Positions 25,471-36,402 of a DNA stretch of 64,000 bases are shown one piece after another; positions within the stretch are counted from its first letter, which is position 1; each line of letters starts with the position of its first letter. The notes under the pieces were generated by a model that saw only the letters and a list, made by a program, of their open reading frames with translations, had not been told where the DNA came from and made no database searches. This DNA is from Raillietiella orientalis (taxonomy: Eukaryota), in assembly GCA_036172245.1 (NCBI GenBank), contig JAYWIR010000099.1:1-64000 (forward strand), read 5' to 3'. A program made the position numbers and the translations under genes.

Positions 25471-26849
25471 AACGTGTGCCTGTACGCTTTTTGCACCAAC
25501 TCAGAGTATATGCTGAAGAGCAACGGGCTTAAGCTGTCGCCCTGTCTGATGCCTCTGCGAACGTCCACTCCGTACACGCGATAGCCACTGAAATTCAAGT
25601 TCATAATCGCGTAAAGCCAACGGGAGCGCAATTACAGTAGAAGATGATTCAAAAGGCCATGACGCTCCAGTAGCTCCCAGAGAAGTTCTTGGTTTACGCA
25701 GTCGAATGCTTTGTGCAAATCTACTGCTACTGCCAAGGCTCCCGGGCTTTCTCCCTTCCGTCCGCACTGTTGTACGCAGTCGGCAGAAGGTCTTGTCGCT
25801 GTTCGGCTAGCCGCCGCAACGCTCTTTTGAAGCTGCCACCAGGTGCGCGCGAAATGGGTCGCATGCATGGATCTACCCGATACAGCGTAAGACTGCTCCG
25901 GGCTTACCACGGACACCGCGACTTTCCCTAAGCGCGTGACCTACAGCTTCCAAAAAAACTTGACGTCCGTATTCACTAATGTGTTCGGACGCATGTTGCT
26001 GAGTTGGCACAGATCTTCTCCTTTCGGAAGGGGACGCACCCTCGCTGAGCGGAAGGAAGAAGGGACATCGCCCGTCACCTTCATCAGCGTGGAGATTCTA
26101 AGCACCAGTGGGGCGAGTTCCGCCGCGAAGCCTTGATGGGACTCCGCGGGCAGTCCGTCCTCACCTGGCGTCTTCCGTCTTCTGCGTCCTGCGATGGCGG
26201 CAGAAACTTCCTCAAACGTGAAGGGCTCGTCGAGACTTGCGCGTTCCTTTTCGTAGATGCCATGTGCAGCCCGCGTCAAAAGTAGATCGGAGAGGACTCT
26301 TTCCCTCGGGGAATTGTCGTGGAGCAAGGAGAAGTGACGCTTTAGTGCTCGCCGCACTTCGGCAGGAGCCGTGCATTCCCGGCCTTGGACGTCGAGCACA
26401 ATAGCCGCTCCAGACTGCCAGACCTGTCGCTCGGCCCTCGCCTTGTACTCTGCGAGTTGCCGGACTTCCGCACGTCTCGAGAAAATGCGCGCCTGCAGAA
26501 ATGTTCTGCTATTCGCCACGCCTTCCTTGAAGCCGCGTGTGAGCAGGTGCAGGGGGAACCGGTCGCAAAACTCGCGAACCGATTTTTTAAGATGGTCCCA
26601 GTCTGCGAATTCCCGGATGGCAAAGCCGCGAAGGTACTGGCGAAGATGCTCCGCCGCTTCCGGATGACTCAGCCGATCCTTTGGAATCCTCCAAACATTG
26701 TTTGGAGGTCCCTTGCCAGGCGGGAGTAGTTCGAACTTTAGCGTATCATGGTCCGAAAACGTAAACGGCACCCTGCCTCTCCTTCTGACTCGCGAGAGTG
26801 GGTGTTCATCGAGGTAGAGGTGATCCACTCACCTTTCCAGTCCAGGCTC
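25471..26849 (-). mobile_element. LINE fragment H (family E: endonuclease end to mid-RT)
   Basis: Closely matches E at about 31715-33080 (DHLYLDEH, ECTAPAEVRRALKRHFS, DLHKAFD, GIRQGDSLSP). Confidence 0.9.
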
Positions 26850-27726
26850 ATCGAACGGTGCGCGGGCGGAACGCTACTTTATAGGTGCGGCGTCGCTTTC
26901 CTCGTGCGAGGAACTTTGGCGGGAGCGGTGCGCAGCGTTCGTTTCGACACGGAAGGCCGAGTGGGACAGCTTGTACTCAAGTGGTCCGTCTCGATCGACC
27001 TTGTCGTTAACAACGTGTACGCGCCGAGCTGTGCTGGACAATGGGCTGGAAGGATTGAGTTTTTCGGTACACTTCAAAGCCAGTGGCTCCCTCGATCTCA
27101 CCCTACTCGGCCCATCTCATTGCGAGGGACTTTAACGTCCACCTGCTTTCCGAGAATAGATCCCACAAAAGGGAAAAGTTGCTAGCGGAAGAGATGTGCG
27201 CGTCCGTGCACGCGTGCAACTTGTTCGCTAGCGACCCTGTTATGGCAGCAGCGCCGAAACACGTATACCTTGATGAACACTTGCTCCGTCGAGTGGGTCG
27301 GAGAGGTCCCGTGCCGTCCGTGCTTTCAGATTACAACAGGCTCGAGTTCGAGTTGCTCCCGCCAGGCAAGAGGCCTCCAAACTGTTTTTGGAGGATGCCA
27401 GCAGACTGCCTAAGCCACCCGGAGGCGGCTGAGCATCTTCGCCAGTACCTCCTCGGCTTAGCCATAAGTTAGCTCGAGCACTGGGACGAACGTAAATGAT
27501 CGGTCCGCGAGTTATGCTGCCGGTTTCCCTTGAACCAGCTTCCGCGCGGCTTCGAAGAGAACGTAGCCAACAGCAGAAATTTTCTGCAGGCATGCTCTCT
27601 TTCCAGGCGCGCTGACGTTGGTCGATTATCCGAGTACAAGCCAAAGGCCGAGCGCCAGGTCTGGCAGTCAGGGGCGACAGTTCTGCTCGACGACCAGGAC
27701 CGAGAATGCTCAATCCAGCCGACGTT

Positions 27727-29612
27727 TCTCACCCGGATATGCCGGGGCATTCATTATACTAATTTTCTACAAAAATTAAATAATGAAGTCTTTAAAAAAA
27801 GATGTTTTCTGTGGGGAAACACTGGGTTATCCCACCTTGCTGGACGTGTCGGTTGCCGGTGCATAGACCGGCTAGGTCCATTCTTGAGGCGCATGGGAAG
27901 AAAAAACTAGAACAAAAACAAACAACAAGAGAGATAACGGGGAAAGAAACAGTTGTATGCGGAGAGGGAGGGGGCAGGGAAGGGATTACTGGGCGCCTGG
28001 GTCGGTCCTCCGCATCCTGTTAAGGATGCAGTCAAGTTCTGCTTTAACTGAGAGAGCTGGACGCCACCTTGTCGCCGTCTCTAAAGAGAACGTCGTCCAG
28101 TGGATAACGTCCCTGCATCTTGGTCCTCTTCTTCTGGCGTGCCACCTTTGCACAATGCCGCGCACGCAGCAGAGGACTGCTAGAGACGCAGCGGGGCGCA
28201 GGCCGTCAGCAGAAAGAGGCGACGGTAAATTTCCTTAGTGTCGCCTACTGGGAGATAAAGGATTGGGGCGATTCTACTCCAGAGTCCATCCAGGGCGACA
28301 CACTCGAGGGTGAGATGCGGGAAGGTTTCTCTTTTTCCGCAGTCGACACAGCGGGCATCCACTTTCCCCAGTGTCCAGTGAGACAGGCGTGCTCTGCTTA
28401 ACAGTCCCCAGTGCAGAAATAGCAACACCGTCTCCTGCCACTTCAACGGAAGTGTGCCGCAATCCCAACACGCTAGGGGCCACTTCACCTCCTTCGGAGG
28501 TATTGCGAGCAGCTCTCCCCAGCGCGCAAGTCCGTGAGGCAGGACGCTCGGGGTGGCAGCGTCCGTGAGCTCCCGAGTCGTCCACGCCTTTAAAGGTTTT
28601 TTCCTGCCTCGGATGAGGCAGGAGACTTCCCACGATGCCAGCTCGTTGCTGCTCCTACTGTTTTTCAGGGAGGACAGAACGGGGGCAAGGGGACTGAAAG
28701 AAGCCCACAGAAACTTCCGGGGCGTGTTGATAATCTCCTTCAGCGGCTGTCGAGCGTACGGTCCTCGTCGTAGGCAGTTGTATTCCGCGTCGCTCGTGCC
28801 GTCGATCTTAGCCCACGCGGAAGCTGACTCATGAAGCCAGGCAGTCCAGTTTGCGGAGAGGCAGGAGATCCAGGTATTCTCCCTCATCAGGGTGACCATC
28901 TGGCGCAAATTAAGGCCACAGTTGGAGAGGCTGCGCTGGTAGGCCACGAGGATCGAGGACAATCCTTCGCAGCCGGTCGCTCTTCTGGCGAGGAGCCGTG
29001 CAGGATCGCACCATGGCGTCATCCATAAGCTAGCCGCAAGGGCTAACTTCCGAAGTGTTGTCTGTATTTGGATGCGCTCCAACGTAAGGAGGCCCAAGCC
29101 ACCATCCCTGCGTGGAGCGCACAAGTCTTTCAATCGGACTCGCGACCTCGCTCTGCCCCAAAGGGCAGTCCTCAAGATGGCTTTGGTCCGTCTCTGTATG
29201 ATATGAGGGGCGGTGCAAACAAAAAGTAATGGGCGTAGGAGGGGGGCCGCGAACGCGTTTACACCACGGCCCGCTCCTGCAAGTAAAACTTGCCGTTCCG
29301 GAACGGGCCGATCGCCAACTCCACCTTTTGGAGATGGTCGGACCAGGCTTCTGCAACGCAGAAGTCCCCCAACGGAACGCCAAGGTACTTGAAGCACCTG
29401 CCCGTGGGGATCCCCAAGCGGATCCAGTCCGGCCGTCCGGCCCACGCCGTATTGTTGAAAGCAGTGAAGATGTAGGAACGATGGAAGATTTCTCTTTGTT
29501 CACCTCGAGGCTTGTCCCGCGGCGCAGCAACTCAAAGAAATCTTCGAGCGCCGACGCCAAGGTGGACCCGGGGAGCAGGAGCACAAGGTCGTTGGAGTAG
29601 GCCGACACGGCA
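27727..29612 (-). mobile_element. LINE B3, 5'-truncated copy of family B
   Basis: Closely matches B1 10134-12017; starts just before the YADD-equivalent (YSND); hairpin 27732-27746. Confidence 0.92.
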
Positions 29613-30094
29613 GCTTACGGAACGAAGTCTCTCCAAGCTGCTTCTTCCGACGGGTAGCACTGCTTTCGACGAGGAGGAACGCGCCGATAACGGCGAGTTC
29701 TTTCTGGCAGCGGTCGGGAATACGCTAGACGACAACGGACGAGATTCCTAAGGCGCCTGGGGAGGATGCCCTCACCGAAGGGTTCTTTCAGTGCTTCGCG
29801 GCGGAGCTCGTCCCCCTGGTGCTAAGCCTTTCCTCGCTGATGCGTTTTGAACCCGGTTGCGCCGAGACGTTTATTTGTAAAAACGAACCACAATCTTCAA
29901 GGCAAATTCATCCTTTCGAGACACAAGAAACGCCCATACAGTAAGTTCAGTTCAGAAAGATCACCGGCACGCAGGGTGCTTTTCAAAAGAAAGGAACGGA
30001 GGGAGAGGTCTGCAGAATAAACAAAACATAAGGGAACAAACAAAAAAAAAATAACAGTGGAGGGTGGGGTCAGGTAGTAAACGTTCCTAATCTT

Positions 30095-33000
30095 TCTAGA
30101 AGCGCTGTTTCACAATGGCGACTTCCCTGGAGACTTTTCTGGGCAGATGAGGCCACCTGAAAGCTGCTTTCATAAGGTTCGCAGCGATTCTGGCGGCGTC
30201 CGTTCGCTGCGAGCTTCCTTCTAGTTTACGGCGTGCGATCACGATGGCGCGGATTCAAGAGACTTTTACGATAACAGCGCCTTTATCCAGTCCGTCTTTG
30301 CTGAAGAAGCGTAGAAGCAGGTCTGTGGCAGTGTCCTGAGGACGACGAAGTGCCGAAGGAAGTCTCCGCCATAACTCCCGCAAGTCACTACACTCAAGGA
30401 GCAGGTGCGTAAGCGATTCTATCGCCCCGCACCTGAGGCAGTTCGGGGAGACGACTCCCCCTGTAACCAAGTTTCTGCGCTTATTGAACTCGAATCCCCA
30501 GTGCAGAAGAAGAAGAACATCCTGTTTCCATGAAAGCGGGAACACGGAGCTGTCCACACACAAGGAAGGGACCACGAGATCTTCGGGGAGTATTCCAAGA
30601 ACCTCACTCCAACGAAGTCCCTTTGCCAGGTAACGAGGAGTGGCAGCGTCTACCAACACGCTCGTTCTGCATCCGCTCAGCAGTCTTCTCACTCCTGCGA
30701 TGCTGCAGAAGAGCTCTCACCTTGCCGGTTTGCTACTGTGGTTGTTTGCCCTGAGAGCAGACAGCGCTGCGGCGATGGGTGAGACGACTATCCAGGACCA
30801 AAGCGACCAGTTCTGTAGATTCACTCCTAGCAGTTTGCGTAAGAGGCCCTGTAAGGGTCGCAGTTGCTCTGGGCGCACATCCAAAGTGGACGTCCAGTGC
30901 TCCAGAGCTTCCTAATGCCAAGCATTCCAATTGGAGGGGCGGCACGAAATCCAGGAATGGGATAACAGCAACGAGGACAAGTGCCTCAGTGGGTAGCCAA
31001 ATCCAGTTCTCCGGCTAAGGTTGCGCGGCAGCAACGGAAGCAATCCTGCACTGCCGACACATCGCTGGAGAATATGGCGAGCCGGAGCACACCAGTGACT
31101 AGACCACAATTTCCCACATAGGGATAGAAGCCGGAACTGCAAGTGCAGTCCAATCTTCTGGATGGTCAGGATGCCCAGGCCTGCGTCCTGGCATGGCGCC
31201 ACCAAATCTTTCAGGAGAACCCTGGATCGCGCAGCGCCCCACAAGACCTTACGTAGGAGACGCTGCGCCCGGAGTTTAACCACATACGAAGGCGGAAAAA
31301 TAAAAAATAAAAAGCGGAGGAGGGGGGCAAGGAAAGTGTTCCATATGCACGCCCTTTCCGGCAAGACGAACTTGCCTTCCAGGAACGTGCCTAGAGCCAT
31401 CTCTGCCTTTTGAAGACGGGCCGACCACGATTCAGACGAGCAGAAGTCGGCCAACGGTACGCCAAGGTACTTGAAGTACCTCACCGTGGGGATCCCCAGG
31501 CGGATCCAGTCGGCCTGTCCCTCCCACGACGCACCCACTGGCATGACGGAGCACTTCGCCCTGCTAACGCTCATGCCCGCTCCACGACGGATCAGCTCGA
31601 AGAAGTCTTGGACCGAGTCCGGCCGAGTAGACATGCGCAACAGAAGCAGAAGGTCGTCGGGGTATGCTGCCGCGGACGGAGTGCACGGAGAGGCGATAAG
31701 CAGGACGGCCAGCGTCAGCCTGTACGCTTTTCGCAACAACTCAAAGTAGATGCTGAAGAGCAACGAGCTTAAGCTGTCGCCCTGTCTGATGCCTCTGCGC
31801 GCGGCCACTCCGTACACACGAGAGCCACTGAAATACAAGTTGATAATCGCGTGGCGCCAGCAGGAGCGAAAGTACAGGAGAAGATGATTCGGAAGCCCAA
31901 GACGCTCCAGGAGCTCCCAGAGGAGTTCGTGGTTTACGCAGTCGAATGCTTTGTGCAAATCTACTGCTAGTGCCGAGGCTCTGGCCTTCCGCACTGGCGC
32001 ACGCAGTCGACAGAAGGTCTTGCCGCTGTTCGGCTATCCGCCGCAACGCGCTCTTGAAGCTGCCACCAGGTGCGCGCGAAAAGAAGGTTCGCATCCATGG
32101 ATCTACCCGGTACAGCGTAGGACTGCTCCGGGCTTACCACGAACTCCGCGACTTTCCCTAAACGCGTGACCCACAGCTTCGAAAACAACTTGACGTCCGT
32201 ATTCACTAATGTGATCGGACGCCAGTTGTTGAGTTGGCGCAGGTCCCTTCCTTTTGGAATGAGAAGCACCCTTGCTGAGCGGAAGGAAGAAGGGACATCG
32301 CCCGTCACCCTCATCAGCGTCGAGATTCTAAGAACCAGTGGGGCGAGTTCCGCCGCGAAGCTCTGATAGAACTCCGCGGGCAGTCCGCCCTCACCTGGCG
32401 TCTTCCGTCTGTTGAGTCCTGCGATGGCGGAAAAAACTTCCTCCAACGTGAAGGGCTCGTCGAGACGAGCGCGTTCCTCCTCGCCGATGCTATGTGCAGC
32501 CCGCGGCAAAAGTAGTTCGGAGAGGACTCTTTCCGTCGAGGAATTAGCGTAGAGCAAGGAGAAGTGACGCTTTAGTGCTCGCCGCACTTCGGCCGGAGCC
32601 GTGCATTCCCGGCCTTCGTCGTCGAGCAGAATAGCCGCTCCAGACTGCCAGACCGGGCGCTCCGCCTTCGCCTTGTACTCTGCAAGTTGCCGTACTTCCG
32701 CACGTCTCGAGAACGAGCGCGCCTGCAGAAATGCTCTGCTATTGGCCACGCCTTCCCCGAAGCCGCATGGTAGCAGGTGCAGGGGGAACTGTTCGCAAAA
32801 CTTGCGAACCGATCTTTTAAGATGGTCCCAGTCTGCGAGTTCCCGGATGGCAGAGCCGCAAAGGAACTGGCGAAGATGCTTCGCCGCTTCCGGGTGACTC
32901 AGCCAATCCGCCGGCATAATTTAAACGTTGTTTGGAGGTCCCTTTCCCGGCGGGAGTAGCTCGAACTCCATCCTATCATGGTCCGATAACGTGGACGGCA

Positions 33001-33643
33001 CCCTGCCTCTCCCTCCCTCTCGCGAGAGTAGGTGTTCATCGAGGTAGAGGTGATCCACGTTCCTTTCCAGTCCAGGCTCGCCGGCTTCCAAGTTACGCGC
33101 GTGCACCAACGCGCATGCTTCTTCCACCCGCGACCGTTCCGCCAGGGATCGGGTCTCGTTGGAAAGCAGGTGGACGTTGAAGTCCCCTGCGACGAGATGC
33201 GCCACTCTGGCTCCAGAGTTTCTGAGCCATTGGCTCTCCAGCACGTCGAGGAACTCGATTCTTTCGACACGCCGATGAAAGCCGCTCGGCGCGTAGACGT
33301 TCGTTACGACGAGGTCGATTGAATCTGACCACTTGAGTACAAGTTGGCCTCTTCTGCCTTCCTGGTCGAATCGAACGCTGCGCACTGCTTTCGCCATCTT
33401 ACTATTAACGAGAAATACGACTCCGCACGATTGTGCAAAACCTTCTCGCCAGTACAGGGTGCCACCCGCGCGCTGTTCGATTTCGGCAACCTCCTCATCG
33501 GAAATGTAATGCATCTCCTGAAGGATCGCCAAATCGAAATGTCGCAGGGTGTCTGACACGTCGCGCCTCTTTCCGTCCCTGCGCAGCCCATTCACGTTCC
33601 AACAGGCTACGCTGTATCGACGGAAAGAGACGATTTCCTGCAT
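30095..33643 (-). pseudogene. Element E ORF2 (endonuclease, RT, zinc finger), disrupted
   Basis: CWNVNG, ILQE, GDFN, SDH; RT with YPDD in place of YADD; stop at 32921, frameshift near 31980; CLRC..HLLLEC. The 3' limit is approximate. Confidence 0.9.
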
Positions 33644-34481
33644 TAAGGCTGGGAAGGTGAGAACAGATTTCTCGCCTTGTCCGGCGAGTCGTCACGAGAA
33701 AGAGCGGTCGATCTCGGAGACTGGACATCTTCATTCGAAGCCGCACTGCTTGTTGCCGGTAGCTCAGAGGTGAGGTCCTTTTCCACCTCTTTGCCCCCCA
33801 ACAACAGTTCCTCCTCGGCAACCACGCGCTTGCGGGTCTTTGGTAGGCGATTGCGAGGTTTCGGGCGGGTTTCGCGCTGTGTACTCATTCTGTCGGACTC
33901 TGGATCGGAATCTGACAGTCGAGCGCTTTCCAGGCACTGCTGCTGTTTCCCGGAATTAGGGAAATCGTTCGCTGCCTGTTTCCTAGCGCTTTCTGCAACT
34001 GGGGCTGGGACTTTCGTCCTTTTAGCAGCAGCAGCTGCTTCCCGCTCCAGCCGCGAGAGGACGATTGCGCAGGAGGAAAGAATCGCAATCTTTTTCTGGG
34101 AAGGTTTCGCGGGTTTATTTCGCCCACTCACCTTCACACAGAGCTGCGAAGACCTTGATGGTTTCTTTCGAATGATCTTTCTCGCCTGCATCCAGCCGTC
34201 TTCCTTCGCGTCGCAGTTATCTTTACCATCCTGAGATGGCGCTGCTCCCACGGATGTAAGAGGCGTTGCCTTGGCTGCCTCTTGAAGTGCTGCCTCCACG
34301 CAGGCGTAAGCAACTCCTCTAGCGATCGCGAGAGCCTTGCGCACGGGCGGTATCGCCGCCGCTGAACGAAAGGGAGGCGTGATTACTGCTAGTTTAAAAC
34401 TATACCCAATACCCCGCCAAGGCAGTGTTTAAAACCACTGCCAAGGCAATTTTTGAGTGCCCTGAGAGGGCAAGTGTTTGA

Positions 34482-36389
34482 GTGAACGCCAGTGTGGAAA
34501 GAGTGCAACCCGGGACCATCATCATCAGCAGCAGCAGCGCCGAGAATTCCACGGTGGAAGTCCTGCAGTCGTCCCGAGCAGCCGGAACAGCTGCCAGGAT
34601 GCAGGCATCCGGAGTTGGAGGAGTGGTGAGGCCATCGTCCCCCATGGAAGCCATGGAGGTAACGTGCGGCAACGGCGAGGTGGCGGCAGGCATGCCGAGG
34701 ATCGCGCCCGCGGCGGGCTTTGCTGCGCCGGCGGCGCCGATGCCAAGGGTCGTGCCCGCGGCGACGACGGCGGAGGTCGTGCCCGCGGCGGCGACGCCGA
34801 GGATAGTGCCCGCGGCGGGGAAGGTCGCGCCTGCGGCGGCGATGCCGAGGGTGCCGCCCGCGGCGGTTACGGCGGCAACGTCGAGGTTTGCGCCCGCGGC
34901 GGCGGCGCCCCAGGCGGGACCCGCGGACGTCCACGCGGTGCAGGGAACGACGCCATCTTGTTCGGCTGCGGCGTCGCAGCCCTTTTCTTATGCGTCGGTG
35001 GCGGCTGGACAGGCGAGTGTCCACCCACCTAGGAAATTCGGTAAGCCGCTTAGCGGAAAAGTTCTAAAAGTGGACCGACCAATAGTCGAAATAGGCCCCA
35101 ACGTGAAGCCCATTATCTTCAAGACCGGGCTAATAAAATTTAATAACATCAGGGAGGTCTATTTGTCCCTCGACAAGACGGACATAGACTTTGATCGCAT
35201 TCAGGCGATCATTCCATCGAACAACGGGTTCACAGTCTTTACAGACTGTGAAAACATTAGAGAGCGATTGATCCAGAAGGGGATCAATATACAAGGACGG
35301 ATGGTTTGTGGTATTGGCGAGATGCCATACACAACCGTCTTTTTAAACGGCATCTCCATCCTCACACCGCAACTAGCGGTGTGGAATTACTTGGAGCAGT
35401 TTGGGGAAATTCTGGACCTTGATTTCCAGAACTTCTCTGGAAACATATTTTCTGGCGACATGATGGCCAAGATGAAGTTGAGGGAGGGAGCGGTGATCCC
35501 TGGATTGGCCGTTATTGACGAACAATCCCAGGGAGCGAATGTGCGTTACCGGCAACAACCGGTATTCTGCACCGAGTGCAAGCAGTTAGGACACAGGGCC
35601 GGCGCTTGCCCAACTTGCCGCTGCTTTCGCTGCGACAAAGTAGGACATCAAGTCCGAAACTGCCCGCAGCCGGAGGTGTGCTCCTTCTGCAAGAAACACG
35701 GACATGCGAAATGGAGCTGTCCGGAGTTTGAAAACTGCAGAAGGATTCGAGGTCTCTCTCTCGTGAGAGAGAGAAACATCAAGGAGGCCGAACAGCCTTA
35801 GAAGGCAGGAAGGCCGAAAAAGGTGAAAGAAGCCGTCCCAGTATCGAAAAACGGCTTCATACAGGTAGAGAAGAAAGGAAAGAGGAGGATGCTCTTCAAG
35901 GAGCAAGAAGCTCCTCAAATCCTAAAAGCAGCAAAGCAGGAAAGCGAGAAGATGGAGGTAGCGCAGGAAGGCGCGAAGGAAGAGAGACAGGAAGCCACTA
36001 AAGTGTCGCAGGAGGCTCTGCAGACCACGGAGGAGTTGGCAACACTGGCGGAGGAGATCATGTAGGTGCAGAGCGGTCCTCAGCAAGACAAAATCTTGCA
36101 GAAGATCTGCACTGCACAAGAAAACATCAACCAGGTTGTGGAGGTCGCTGAACGCGAGAAGTTAAAGGAACAGCTTTTCGACGTGAACGCGAACTTCTGC
36201 GCCAAGGTCGAGATAGAGGCGCTATCTCGAAAATTGATCGCGCGGGCGGAACACTCTACGGAGGAGGCGGAAATTACCGAACTCACAGGTACGGAGAGTG
36301 ACGCCGGCAGCGAGAAGCCCGCTGCTTCTTCGACGTCTGGAAGAGCACGCTCTCCCAGAGAGAAGAAGCTCAGGAAGGCCAAGAAATAG
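34482..36389 (+). pseudogene. Element F ORF1 (three CCHC knuckles, coiled-coil-like tail), two in-frame TAG stops
   Basis: CTECKQLGHRAGAC, CFRCDKVGHQVRNC, CSFCKKHGHAKWSC. TAG at 35799 and 36063 with the frame preserved. Start codon uncertain. Confidence 0.87.
34692..34910 (+). repeat. Imperfect GC-rich coding tandem repeat (MPRVVPAA-like units) in F ORF1
   Basis: Recurring GCCCGCGGCG core; peptide MPRIAPAA, MPRVVPAA, EVVPAAA, PRIVPAA, MPRVPPAA. Confidence 0.8.
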
Positions 36390-36402
36390 GTCTTTTCCTT
36401 TT

